Source: Ginsengibacter sp. (GTDB taxonomy: Bacteria; Bacteroidota; Bacteroidia; Chitinophagales; Chitinophagaceae). Taken from it: a DNA stretch of 64,000 nucleotides. Shown piece by piece: positions 1 to 9,185 of this stretch (the first letter of the stretch is position 1; each line of letters begins with the position of its first letter). A model generated the notes under the pieces. That model had not been told where the DNA came from. It saw nothing but the letters and a program-made list of their open reading frames with translations, and did no database searches. Position numbers and translations under genes: made by a program. The DNA is taken from contig JBDTOV010000002.1 in NCBI GenBank assembly GCA_039933035.1, positions 12,329 through 76,328 on the forward strand, in the 5' to 3' direction.

Positions 1-155
1 GCAAAACGCTAAATAGTTTTTATATTTGAAGGGTGAACACCAGGCGCGCTATTCTTTTTTTCTCCACTACATGTTGTCTGCAGGACATACAGTAATACCT
101 TTGCCGGAATATTTTTGAAAATATTTTTTATTTTGTTGCATTTTTAATACAAGTT

Positions 156-1649
156 ATGTTTATGCCACTCAAATTATATAATTCACTTACCAAACAAAAA
201 GAAATCTTCGTTCCCATAACACCACCTCATGTCGGTATGTATGTATGCGGACCTACTGTGAGTGGTGAAAGTCATTTAGGACACGCACGCCCCTACATAA
301 CTTTTGATGTTGTACTAAGATACCTGCAATTTCTTGGTTACCAGGTTCGCTATGTACGGAACATCACTGATGCAGGGCATTTTGAAGAAGAAGGCCGCGA
401 AGCAGAAGATAAAATATCTAAAAAAGCCCTGCTCGAAAAAGTAGAACCTATGGAACTGGTTCAGAAATATACCAATCTTTTCCATTGGGCCATGAAGCAG
501 TTTAATACCCTCGATCCGAATATTGAACCCACTGCTACCGGCCATATTGTAGAACAGATAAACATGATTGAAATAATTATTGATGCAGGCTATGCATACG
601 TGGTAAATGGATCAGTTTATTTTGATGTAAAAAAATATGCGGCCAATTACAATTATGGGGAACTGAGCGGCCGAGTCGTTGATGACCTTTTAGAAACCAC
701 GAGGCTATTGGAAGGTCAGGCCGAGAAAAGAAATAAGGCTGATTTTGCATTATGGAAATCCGCGCCTCCTCAACATATTATGCGCTGGAAAAGTCCGTGG
801 GGTGAGGGGTTCCCGGGATGGCATATTGAATGCTCCGCAATGTCAACAAAATATTTGGGGCCACACTTTGATATTCATGGAGGTGGTATGGATCTGCAGT
901 TTCCGCATCATGAAAGCGAGATTGCCCAAAGTACTATTTGCAATCATGAAACGCCGGCAAAATACTGGATGCACAACAATATGATTACCATTAACGGTAA
1001 AAAAATGGGTAAGAGCTATAACAATGTTATAAAACTAACGGAAATGTTCACTGGCAATCATCCATTGCTTACGCAGGCGTTCAGCCCGATGACGATTCGT
1101 TTTTTTATTTTGCAAACACATTATCGAAGCACACTTGATTTCAGCAGCGAAGCACTCGTGGGCGCGGAAAAAGGTTTAAAGAGGTTGTGGGAAGCTTATG
1201 AAATTTTAAAAAAGCTGGAAGCTGGCCATTTCAATTTACCTACAGATAACGAACTTGATACAAAAATAAATAACCTGCTGAATGAATTACCCGGGTTTAT
1301 GAACGATGACTTCAATACAGCAAAAGTTTTGGCCAACCTCTTTGAGATCGTCCCCGTAATCAATTCTATAAAAGATGGTTTAATTGAATTGACTGCCGTT
1401 TCTTCGGCTACACGAAACCGTATGAAAGATCTTTTTACGATATATCTTGAAAATATTTTAGGGTTGCTACCTCTTTCAGAAAATAATGAAACCTTCAGTG
1501 GAGTAATGCAGTTGCTGGTTGACATAAGAAAAGATGCCAAGTCAAAAAGAGATTTCTTTACGTCAGATAAAATAAGAAAACAACTCGCCGGACTTGGTAT
1601 TGAGATGAAGGATGAAAAGGATGGTTCTATAAGCTGGAGTGCCGGTTAA
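156..1649 (+). CDS. cysS: Cysteine--tRNA ligase
   Basis: 497-aa ORF. Class I HIGH-type motif SHLGHARPY, KMSKS-type motif KMGKS, zinc-site region WHIECSAM. A second ATG at 162 is an alternative start. Confidence 0.95.
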   Translation: MFMPLKLYNSLTKQKEIFVPITPPHVGMYVCGPTVSGESHLGHARPYITFDVVLRYLQFLGYQVRYVRNITDAGHFEEEGREAEDKISKKALLEKVEPMELVQKYTNLFHWAMKQFNTLDPNIEPTATGHIVEQINMIEIIIDAGYAYVVNGSVYFDVKKYAANYNYGELSGRVVDDLLETTRLLEGQAEKRNKADFALWKSAPPQHIMRWKSPWGEGFPGWHIECSAMSTKYLGPHFDIHGGGMDLQFPHHESEIAQSTICNHETPAKYWMHNNMITINGKKMGKSYNNVIKLTEMFTGNHPLLTQAFSPMTIRFFILQTHYRSTLDFSSEALVGAEKGLKRLWEAYEILKKLEAGHFNLPTDNELDTKINNLLNELPGFMNDDFNTAKVLANLFEIVPVINSIKDGLIELTAVSSATRNRMKDLFTIYLENILGLLPLSENNETFSGVMQLLVDIRKDAKSKRDFFTSDKIRKQLAGLGIEMKDEKDGSISWSAG

Positions 1650-1685
1650 AACAATGGGCAATAACAAACAATTAAACTATTTCTT

Positions 1686-2288
1686 TTGACCAATCATATT
1701 CCTCATTTATCGAAAGATAAAAAACTTAAAAAAATAATTGAAACACAGGAAGCATTTGTTCTGTTAAAAAGAAACAAGGTGTACCTGCGTTTATGTTCTT
1801 CGATACTAAGTCAACAATTAAGCACCAGGGTTGCACAGGTTTTGTACCAAAGGTTCCTGGGTCTATTCGGAAGTAAAGAACCTTCCGCAAAACAAATTTT
1901 AGAAACACCGGTTACCATTTTTCGAAGCATTGGTTTTTCCAATGCCAAGGCTTCCTATGTTCACAATGTTTGCAGGTTTTTTATTGAAAATAAAATAACG
2001 GATGCCCGTTTATACAAAATGAGTAACGATGAAGTATTGGATCTGCTTACGCAAATTAAAGGCGTTGGCAAATGGACGGTTGAAATGATTTTGATGTTCA
2101 CACTGGGAAGAGAAGATGTTTTTGCATTAGACGATTTAGGTTTACAACACAGTGTTATTAAGCTATACAAAATAAAAGAAACAGATAAGAAATTATTGCG
2201 GGAAAAAATTGAAAAAATATCGCTTAAATGGTCTCCCTACCGAACGTATGCCTCCAGGTATTTGTGGGGTTGGAAAGACGGGAAATAG
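1686..2288 (+). CDS. HhH-GPD family DNA glycosylase (AlkA-like 3-methyladenine DNA glycosylase II)
   Basis: 200-aa ORF with a TTG start. Helix-hairpin-helix GVGKWTVEMILMF followed by the Asp-containing FALDDLGL segment typical of HhH-GPD glycosylases. Confidence 0.8.
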   Translation: MTNHIPHLSKDKKLKKIIETQEAFVLLKRNKVYLRLCSSILSQQLSTRVAQVLYQRFLGLFGSKEPSAKQILETPVTIFRSIGFSNAKASYVHNVCRFFIENKITDARLYKMSNDEVLDLLTQIKGVGKWTVEMILMFTLGREDVFALDDLGLQHSVIKLYKIKETDKKLLREKIEKISLKWSPYRTYASRYLWGWKDGK

Positions 2289-2290
2289 TT

Positions 2291-3010
2291 TTATTTCTTT
2301 TTAACCAATGGATTATTCAAGCCATTCACCAGGTTATCAACTACGACAAAATTGCGTAGCTTCAAAAAAAATTGGGTAAGTGTTTTGCATCCGTACGTAC
2401 GTACATCGAAACTAGGATCCAGTTTTCTCAGGTTAATTCCCAATGTAGAAATATACGCTTCGTTACTTTCATTAATACTCATGTCATAAGCCTTATTAAT
2501 AAGCTTTATATTGATGGACACTTTCTCACTTTGCTTTTTCTCTGTTTCTTTCTTTTCAGGCATTTCCGCTTTGGGTTCCAGGTTTTCAACATAGGTAAAA
2601 ATTTCGCAGGATTTTACAAAGGCATTTGGTGTTTTTTGTTCGCCGATTCCCATAACAAAAATACCATCTTCTCTTATTCTTTTGGCAAGACCCGTGTAAT
2701 CGCTGTCACTGGAAACGATACAAAAACCGTCTACAACTTCATCATGCAGTATGTCCATCGCATCAATAATCAATGCGCTGTCTGTTGAATTTTTGCCGGT
2801 TGTATAAGAAAATTTTTGAATGGGGTTAAAGGCCATTTCGTTCAGCAGGCCTTTCCAGTGGTTCATGTGTTGGGTGGTCCAGTCGCCATAAACCCTTCGT
2901 ATCGTAACCTTTCCATATTTGGAGGCTTCCTCCAGTATCAGGTCCATTATTTTAGCCTGTGCATTATCGCCGTCTACCAGCAAAGCAATCTTTTGATTTT
3001 TAATATCCAT
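2291..3010 (-). CDS. NYN (LabA-like) nuclease domain protein with C-terminal OST-HTH/LOTUS-like domain
   Basis: 239 aa. The N-terminus KIALLVDGDNAQ...RVYGDWT...SSDSDY matches the NYN/LabA fold. A Lys/Glu linker precedes a C-terminal ~70-aa domain (LSTLGINLRKLDPSFDVRTYGCKTLTQFF) that resembles OST-HTH. Confidence 0.8.
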   Translation of the reverse strand: MDIKNQKIALLVDGDNAQAKIMDLILEEASKYGKVTIRRVYGDWTTQHMNHWKGLLNEMAFNPIQKFSYTTGKNSTDSALIIDAMDILHDEVVDGFCIVSSDSDYTGLAKRIREDGIFVMGIGEQKTPNAFVKSCEIFTYVENLEPKAEMPEKKETEKKQSEKVSINIKLINKAYDMSINESNEAYISTLGINLRKLDPSFDVRTYGCKTLTQFFLKLRNFVVVDNLVNGLNNPLVKKK

Positions 3011-3279
3011 ATACGTTTATTGAAACAAAATTATGATTAATCATACAAATGGGTTTTTAAGAGCAGAAGAAAAAGGCTTTGCGGTTATTGAGAACGACCG
3101 GAATGAGACGGAAAAGTGAAATACAATGCAACTTTATTAGTCAAAATTAATAGGAACCTTTGCAGAATGTTGTTAGGCAACCAAGTGCCGCCAACATTTT
3201 GTAATTTGAATTCTTTTCGCTTTTCACTGGGCATTGTACTACCAGGTTATTTTATTTACTTTTCATTAATTTGAATCTT

Positions 3280-3287
3280 TATCTTTG
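3280..3287 (+). promoter_or_regulatory. Bacteroidota sigma-A -7 box (TAnnTTTG) upstream of dnaN
   Basis: TATCTTTG lies 16 nt upstream of the ATG at 3304. It falls inside the TTG-extended ORF, which argues for the 3304 start. Confidence 0.4.
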
Positions 3288-3303
3288 GCGACAAACATTT
3301 TTT

Positions 3304-4419
3304 ATGAAGTTTATTGTTTCCTCTACGCAGTTATTAAAACATCTCCAGCAGATAAGTGGCGTAATAAGTGCTAACACGGTTTTACCAATACTGGAAGATT
3401 TTTTATTTGAAATAGAAAAAAATAAACTTACCATCGTGGCTACTGACCTGGAAACCGTGATGAAAGTACAAATGGATATAGAAGCCAAAGACAGTGGCAA
3501 AGTATGCATTCCTTCAAAAATATTATTAGATTCTCTCAAAAATATTCCTGAGCAGCCACTCACTTTTAATATTGATAAAAACTTTGGTGTTGAAATTACC
3601 AGCGATAATGGAAAATATAAAGTTATGGGGGAGAACCCGGATAATTTTCCGAAAGAACCGGTAGCCGATACAGAAAATTCTTTTACAATGCCATCTGCTG
3701 CACTCGTTACTGCTATTAATAAATGCCTGTTCGCTGTTAGCAATGACGACCTGAGGCCTGCTATGACAGGTGTTTTCTTTGAGCTTACAGAAAATGGAAT
3801 TACCTGTGTTGCTACGGATGCACACCGGCTGGTGCGCTTTACCAGGCTTGATGTAAGCTGTCCCCGCGCCGATACTTTTATTGTTCCTAAAAAACCATTG
3901 ACGCTGCTAAAAACTGCACTGCCTTCTAACGAAGATGAATTACATCTTTCTTATAACAGCAATCATTTATTTGTTAAGCATGATAGCACCGAACTGGTCT
4001 GCCGCCTTATAGATGCCAGGTTCCCTGATTATAAAGTTGTGATTCCAACGGATAATCCATACCGGCTCACAGTTAATAAAAATGATTTTCAAAATGCGCT
4101 CCGCAGGGTAAGTGTCTTTAGCAATAAAAGTACCAACCAGGTGGCATTAACTATTACCGGAAGTGAGCTTCAGCTTGCGGCCCAGGACATCGATTTTAGT
4201 TTTGAAGGGAATGAACGCATGGCTTGCCAATACGATGGCGAAGATCTGCAAATAGCTTTTAATGCCAAGTTTTTAATTGAAATGCTCAATGCGGCGGATA
4301 CAGATGAAGTTACCATTGAACTTAGTACCTCCACAAAGGCGGGAATTATAAAACCCACGGTAAAAAAAGAAAACGAAGTGCTTTTAATGCTGGTAATGCC
4401 GCTGATGCTTAACAGTTAG
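3304..4419 (+). CDS. dnaN: DNA polymerase III beta sliding clamp
   Basis: Canonical MKFIVSS...LL N-terminus, three-domain length (371 aa) and LLMLVMPLML C-terminus. The start was moved from 3271 (TTG) to ATG 3304. Confidence 0.93.
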   Translation: MKFIVSSTQLLKHLQQISGVISANTVLPILEDFLFEIEKNKLTIVATDLETVMKVQMDIEAKDSGKVCIPSKILLDSLKNIPEQPLTFNIDKNFGVEITSDNGKYKVMGENPDNFPKEPVADTENSFTMPSAALVTAINKCLFAVSNDDLRPAMTGVFFELTENGITCVATDAHRLVRFTRLDVSCPRADTFIVPKKPLTLLKTALPSNEDELHLSYNSNHLFVKHDSTELVCRLIDARFPDYKVVIPTDNPYRLTVNKNDFQNALRRVSVFSNKSTNQVALTITGSELQLAAQDIDFSFEGNERMACQYDGEDLQIAFNAKFLIEMLNAADTDEVTIELSTSTKAGIIKPTVKKENEVLLMLVMPLMLNS

Positions 4420-4591
4420 CTTTTACTTACCTTTATTACTTTCAGACGATAGGCAAATGAACAAATCTTTTTATATAGCTAACATTTTTTCCTAAACTTT
4501 TATCCGGCTATTTTCTTTCTGTAGTATACTTTGAATCTTATTATAAAGCAATTCAGTATTTCTAATAGTTGTGTAATTAAATTTAATTAAT

Positions 4592-5494
4592 ATGATATGG
4601 ATCATTTTTGGAATTCTCCTTTTTATAATTTCAGGGGTCGTTGCTAAAACGAATCCCGAATTGTACAGGTATAAAAATATCGGGAGGCTTCTTGCCCTGC
4701 TCTTTGTTGTAATTGGTATTTTAATATCCAGCATAGTGCAGATTAATGTGGGTGAAACCGGCGTCAAGGTTTTATTTGGTAAAGTTCAAAATGATGTTTT
4801 GAACAGTGGTTTGCACCTGGTAAATCCGCTCCTCGATATCAAAAGAGTTGATATTAAAACCCAGAATTACACCATGAGCGCTGTAAATGATGAAGGCGAC
4901 AAAAATGGCGATGATGCTATTAAGGTACTCACCAGTGATGGTCTTGAGGTTACCATAGACCTTACAGTACTTTATAGGGTTGTGGCAAGTGAAACGCCTA
5001 AACTATTAAGTGAGACCGGACCGGATTTTAAAGATAAAATCGTTCGACCTTTAACCCGGACCAAGATCCGGGATAACGCCGTGTACTACCAGGCAATAGA
5101 ATTATTTAGCAACAAAAGAGATGAGTTTCAACAGCGGATCTATAAAAGTATAGAAGACAATTTCAGGCAACGGGGCTTGTTACTGGAACAGCTATTGATC
5201 AGAAATATAACCTTACCTAATTCTGTAAAAGCATCTATAGAATCGAAAATTAATGCCGAACAGGATGCCAAGAAAATGGAATTCGTTTTACAAAAAGAAA
5301 AACAGGAAGCTGAAAGAAAAAGAGTAGAAGCGCAGGGAATAGCTGACTATCAGCGTATCATTAACACTGGTCTTACGGATAATCAATTACAATATGAGCA
5401 AATACAGGCCATTAAAGAACTGGCACTAAGCTCCAACGCAAAAATAGTTATGATGGGAAAAGGAAATACGCCCGTAATCATTGACGGAAAATAA
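4592..5494 (+). CDS. SPFH/band-7 (prohibitin-like) membrane protein
   Basis: 300 aa. N-terminal TM segment, SPFH core (VLTSDGLEVTIDLTVLYRV), then a coiled-coil EQDAKKMEFVLQKEKQEAERKRVEAQGIADYQ. Confidence 0.85.
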   Translation: MIWIIFGILLFIISGVVAKTNPELYRYKNIGRLLALLFVVIGILISSIVQINVGETGVKVLFGKVQNDVLNSGLHLVNPLLDIKRVDIKTQNYTMSAVNDEGDKNGDDAIKVLTSDGLEVTIDLTVLYRVVASETPKLLSETGPDFKDKIVRPLTRTKIRDNAVYYQAIELFSNKRDEFQQRIYKSIEDNFRQRGLLLEQLLIRNITLPNSVKASIESKINAEQDAKKMEFVLQKEKQEAERKRVEAQGIADYQRIINTGLTDNQLQYEQIQAIKELALSSNAKIVMMGKGNTPVIIDGK

Positions 5495-5498
5495 TAAG

Positions 5499-5942
5499 AT
5501 GGAATTAGTAACAGTCCGCACCTTCAGTAATTATTTTTCTGCCAATATTCTCTTATCAAAACTAAGAGATGGTGGTATTCGATGTTATTTAAAAGATGAA
5601 TATACTGTTACCATGGACCCATTGCTGACCAACGCAGTTGGAGGCATTAAGCTCGTAGTTAATAAAGAAGATGCCAGGGAAGTTTTAGCAATACTTGCGC
5701 ATTTTGATGAAGATTACAGGCAGAATGCGGTTTGCCCAACATGCGGCTCTCACAACATAGAGCTGGTTCCTAAACGAACTGCCGCCAATATGGTTACAGC
5801 TATCCTGAGCTGGTTGTTCTCCAATTATGCCGTTTCCGCTGAAAACGTGTACCAGTGTGGTAATTGCGGTTACGAAAGCCAGGCCCTTCCCGAACCTTTG
5901 CGCCGGGATTCCGGAAGTACTCCACCTGAAAATCTAAACTAA
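5499..5942 (+). CDS. DUF2007-like (putative signal-transducing) protein with C-terminal Cys4 zinc ribbon
   Basis: MELVTVRTFSNYFSANILLSKLRDGGI resembles the DUF2007 ferredoxin-like fold. CPTCGS...CGNCG pairs are present. ATG 5499 sits 4 nt after the SPFH stop; the ORF track TTG at 5481 is less likely. Confidence 0.6.
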   Translation: MELVTVRTFSNYFSANILLSKLRDGGIRCYLKDEYTVTMDPLLTNAVGGIKLVVNKEDAREVLAILAHFDEDYRQNAVCPTCGSHNIELVPKRTAANMVTAILSWLFSNYAVSAENVYQCGNCGYESQALPEPLRRDSGSTPPENLN

Positions 5943-5997
5943 TATTATTTTTAATCCGGTTATGCGCCTACATTTACCGGGTGGAAAAATATCTTTT

Positions 5998-6732
5998 ATG
6001 AAATCAATTGCGCTTATACCAGCCCGTTATGCTGCCACGCGTTTCCCCGGCAAGTTGATGCAATTACTCGGGAAGAAAAGCGTTATACTGCAGACGTATG
6101 AAAATACCGTGGCAACCCTGCTTTTCGACGAAGTAATCGTAGTAACAGATAGCAGCATCATTTTTAATGAGATAACAGAGAATGGCGGGTATGCTGTAAT
6201 GAGCCGGCAGGAATATGAAAGTGGCAGTGACCGTATTGCCGAAGCTGCCGCGGATATCGAAGTAGATGTAATTATAAATGTTCAGGGTGATGAACCTTTT
6301 ATAAAAAGAGAACCGCTCAGGGACTTGTTGGCGGTTTTTGAAAAAGATGACAAGCACATAGTGCAAGTTGCTTCCCTCATGCATGAAATAAAGGAAGAGA
6401 AGCTGGTGGCAGACCCTAACATCGTGAAGGTAATAGTAGATAAACAAATGAACGCGATCTATTTCAGCAGAAGTGTTATCCCCTTTCTCAGAGATAAAGG
6501 TTTGACTGTTGTTTACCATAAACATATTGGCATATATGCTTATCGCAAAAAAGCTTTAATGAATTTTACCCAATGGGATATTTCTCCTCTCGAGGCAATT
6601 GAGAAACTGGAACAACTTCGTTATATTGAAAATGGTGTTAAAATTAAAATGGTGCTGACAAACGAATCACCGGTATCTATCGATACCCCCGAAGATTTGG
6701 AGCGAGCAAGGAACAACGAAAATATCTTATAG
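5998..6732 (+). CDS. kdsB: 3-deoxy-manno-octulosonate cytidylyltransferase (CMP-Kdo synthetase)
   Basis: MKSIALIPARYAATRFPGKL N-terminus and VQGDEP motif. The start was moved from 5962 to ATG 5998. Confidence 0.9.
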   Translation: MKSIALIPARYAATRFPGKLMQLLGKKSVILQTYENTVATLLFDEVIVVTDSSIIFNEITENGGYAVMSRQEYESGSDRIAEAAADIEVDVIINVQGDEPFIKREPLRDLLAVFEKDDKHIVQVASLMHEIKEEKLVADPNIVKVIVDKQMNAIYFSRSVIPFLRDKGLTVVYHKHIGIYAYRKKALMNFTQWDISPLEAIEKLEQLRYIENGVKIKMVLTNESPVSIDTPEDLERARNNENIL

Positions 6733-6807
6733 AATAAAGGGATTTTCCGGTATTTTTTATTAAAAAAAGCTGGTTAAAAAATTGTAGTTTTCAAAAAAAT
6801 ATCTTGT

Positions 6808-7344
6808 ATGGTGTTGCTTTCTTATTTAAAATATTTTGCGCTTTCTGTTTGTTTCTTTACGCTGTTATTTTCCTGTAATGAAGGTGATAAGCGCAGTATA
6901 GAAAACTCCGCAGCTGCTTTCGATATCAAACAAGCCGAAGCCGCCATTGCCCAAAGTAACCAGAGTTTTATGAAATCATTTAAAGCCGGGGATTCTATTG
7001 GGGTGTCGAATTGTTACACAACCGATGCAAAAACAATGTCTGCTAATATGCCCCCTTTTATCGGAAGAGAGGATATAAAGCACTTTATAAGCGAAACAAT
7101 GAAGCGTGGGATAAAACTCTTTGACATTTCTACCGTCAAAATTTGGGGAGACAGCAGCATGGTGGCTGAAGAAGGGACTTATAAAATATTGGACAGCACA
7201 GAAAAACAGGTGGATAAAGGAAAATATATAGTTCTCTGGAAACCTGAAGCCGGCAATTGGAAGATGTTTCGCGATATTTGGACGAGCAGCCTTCCTGTTG
7301 ACACTTTTGCAACAAAAGAAGAAAAAACTATCATTAAAAATTAA
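6808..7344 (+). CDS. SnoaL/DUF4440-like lipoprotein
   Basis: Signal peptide with lipobox LLFSC. The mature part has the NTF2-like pattern (AAFDIKQAEAAIAQSNQSF...GNWKMFRDIW). Confidence 0.55.
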   Translation: MVLLSYLKYFALSVCFFTLLFSCNEGDKRSIENSAAAFDIKQAEAAIAQSNQSFMKSFKAGDSIGVSNCYTTDAKTMSANMPPFIGREDIKHFISETMKRGIKLFDISTVKIWGDSSMVAEEGTYKILDSTEKQVDKGKYIVLWKPEAGNWKMFRDIWTSSLPVDTFATKEEKTIIKN

Positions 7345-7404
7345 AAGAAGATTTAATGTAATTGCAGATAATTTGTTCCTTATTGCAAAAAAGCTAAAAA
7401 GATT

Positions 7405-8502
7405 TTGCTGATGAAACCGGGTAAATATCTATCCTTAATAAAATACCCCCTGGACCTGGTACGCACCAAAAAAGTACTGCAGGTAAATCCTACCATTCAA
7501 AATTTTAGAAAAGATGCCGAACACACAAAAGTTTGTGTATATGACTATACGAAAGAGGCTTTGAGTGAAAAGTACTTAAAGGATTCCGCAGAGACCTATA
7601 AATACCTGGAAACTCCGAACATAAGCTGGATAAATATAGACGGGCTTCGCAAAACAGATGTAGAAGAAACCTGTGCCCATTTCAATATTCACCCTCTTAT
7701 TGCGGAAGATATATTAAGCTTTGGCCAGCGGCCCAAAGTGGATGAAATAAATGGGATGTTGTATTGCTTGTTAAGCATGTTATATTTCAATGAAAAAGAT
7801 AGGACAGTAGAAGCAGAGCAAATAAGTATTGTATTGGGTGTAAACTTTGTTATAAGTTTCCAGGAAGATGCATCCAAAGATGTTTTTAATCCATTGCGCG
7901 ATAAGCTTCGCATTGCTGGCAGCAAAATCAGGCAAAATGATGCAGACTTCCTGTTTTATTCTCTTATTGATATGATAGTTGATAACTATTTTATCGTAAT
8001 GGAGAAGCTGGGTGAAAATATTGAAATGCTGGAAGAGGACATAATCCGCCGGTCGGATAAACAGTCTCTTTCCCAGATAAATATGCTTCGCAAAGAAATG
8101 ATCCTGCTGAAAAGAAATGTGGCGCCGGTAAGAGATCTCGTGAATGGTATCCTGCGCAGCGAAAGTGAACTGATAGATGAAAAGACTGAGAAGTATTTTA
8201 AAGATGTATATGACCACATTGTGCAGGCAAATGATCTTGCAGAAAATTACCGGGATATGATGATCAACCTGCAGGACCTTTACCTGAGCAATGTAAATTT
8301 AAAAATGAATGAAGTAATGAAGGTAATGGCGGTAGTAACCTGCCTGCTGGCCCCGGCGACGGTAATTGGTGGCATTTTTGGAATGAACTTTAGTAAAATT
8401 CCCTGGCTTCATAATGACTATGGTTTTTTTATTGCCGTGGGTATCATGCTCATGATTCCTGTGTGGATGATAATAATGTTCAGAAAAAAAGGGTGGTTTT
8501 AA
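7405..8502 (+). CDS. corA: Magnesium/cobalt transporter CorA
   Basis: 365 aa. Signature GMNF (IFGMNF) between two C-terminal TM helices. The start could be ATG 7411 rather than TTG 7405. Confidence 0.9.
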   Translation: MLMKPGKYLSLIKYPLDLVRTKKVLQVNPTIQNFRKDAEHTKVCVYDYTKEALSEKYLKDSAETYKYLETPNISWINIDGLRKTDVEETCAHFNIHPLIAEDILSFGQRPKVDEINGMLYCLLSMLYFNEKDRTVEAEQISIVLGVNFVISFQEDASKDVFNPLRDKLRIAGSKIRQNDADFLFYSLIDMIVDNYFIVMEKLGENIEMLEEDIIRRSDKQSLSQINMLRKEMILLKRNVAPVRDLVNGILRSESELIDEKTEKYFKDVYDHIVQANDLAENYRDMMINLQDLYLSNVNLKMNEVMKVMAVVTCLLAPATVIGGIFGMNFSKIPWLHNDYGFFIAVGIMLMIPVWMIIMFRKKGWF

Positions 8503-9027
8503 TTAACGCTGCTTATATACCGGAACTGTGCTGCAGGGCTCTCCATACATAATGCTCCTGGCAACGGGCCTTAATATTCTCGTAATTTCTGCATACGCGG
8601 AAGCCGGAATTGCCTTTTCACCACAACCTTTTACTACCACTCTTTTTCCTTCATATTCGGCAGGATCAATTTTCAAAAGATTTTTTAGAAATAGAACTTC
8701 GTGCATAAAAGCTTTACTACCTACAACTACATCCCTGGCAACAGGCTGCAGGTAACTTACTGCCAGCATATATGCCCACAATGGAATTATGGCATCTGCA
8801 GTGCATGTGATGCAAACATTTTTATTTTCAAAAATGCTCCAGTCTACATTTTTTAAACTTTCCCTATAGTCTTTTTCTTTTAATATCAGTTCCATAAATA
8901 AATAATCCTTCAGATCGAATGCAAGATTGTCTCCTTCCGGATAAAACTTTTCAAGATCTAATGTTTCAATGGAACTTTGAGCTACTTTATTTATAATAAT
9001 ATCTTCCATAATTATTTGCGTATTCAT
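8503..9027 (-). CDS. Conserved Bacteroidota protein (DUF2480-like)
   Basis: 174-aa uninterrupted ORF. My recollection of the DUF2480 family is the only basis for the name. Its stop codon directly abuts the corA stop. Confidence 0.5.
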   Translation of the reverse strand: MNTQIIMEDIIINKVAQSSIETLDLEKFYPEGDNLAFDLKDYLFMELILKEKDYRESLKNVDWSIFENKNVCITCTADAIIPLWAYMLAVSYLQPVARDVVVGSKAFMHEVLFLKNLLKIDPAEYEGKRVVVKGCGEKAIPASAYAEITRILRPVARSIMYGEPCSTVPVYKQR

Positions 9028-9131
9028 GCGAAGTTACCAATATCATTTCTGTTGAAAAAGAGCTTAACAATTTTGTATTAGGAGAAGAGGAGTGCGACTT
9101 CAATTGCTTAATTTTTTTGCAGTGTTTTCTC

Positions 9132-9161
9132 AAAAAAACAAAGGCTACCAAAACGGTAGCC
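9132..9161 (-). terminator. Rho-independent terminator of the PpiD-like gene
   Basis: On the minus strand: GGCTACC-GTTTT-GGTAGCC (perfect 7-bp stem) followed by TTTGTTTTTTT, about 25 nt after the stop at 9186. Confidence 0.75.
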
Positions 9162-9185
9162 GTAATAATATATTTCAAATTTTGA

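Noticed and set aside
3271-3303. N-terminal extensions in the ORF track: dnaN 3271, DUF2007-like 5481, kdsB 5962, ppiD-like 11351, DUF3089-like 27014, SNF2 44523, pnuC 52604.
   Set aside because: Conserved family N-termini begin at internal ATGs. In two cases a promoter box (dnaN) or a terminator (pnuC) lies inside the extension.
3279-3743. Long antisense ORFs inside well-supported genes. Examples: 3279-3743 and 3526-3825 in dnaN, 6064-6525 in kdsB, 7780-8217 in corA, 30844-31260 in rho, 52008-52409 in the NifU-like gene, 61838-62227 in recA.
   Set aside because: Each lies fully within a gene that has strong family motifs on the opposite strand. Their translations are low-complexity or hydrophobic noise with no recognisable motifs, so they are shadow ORFs.
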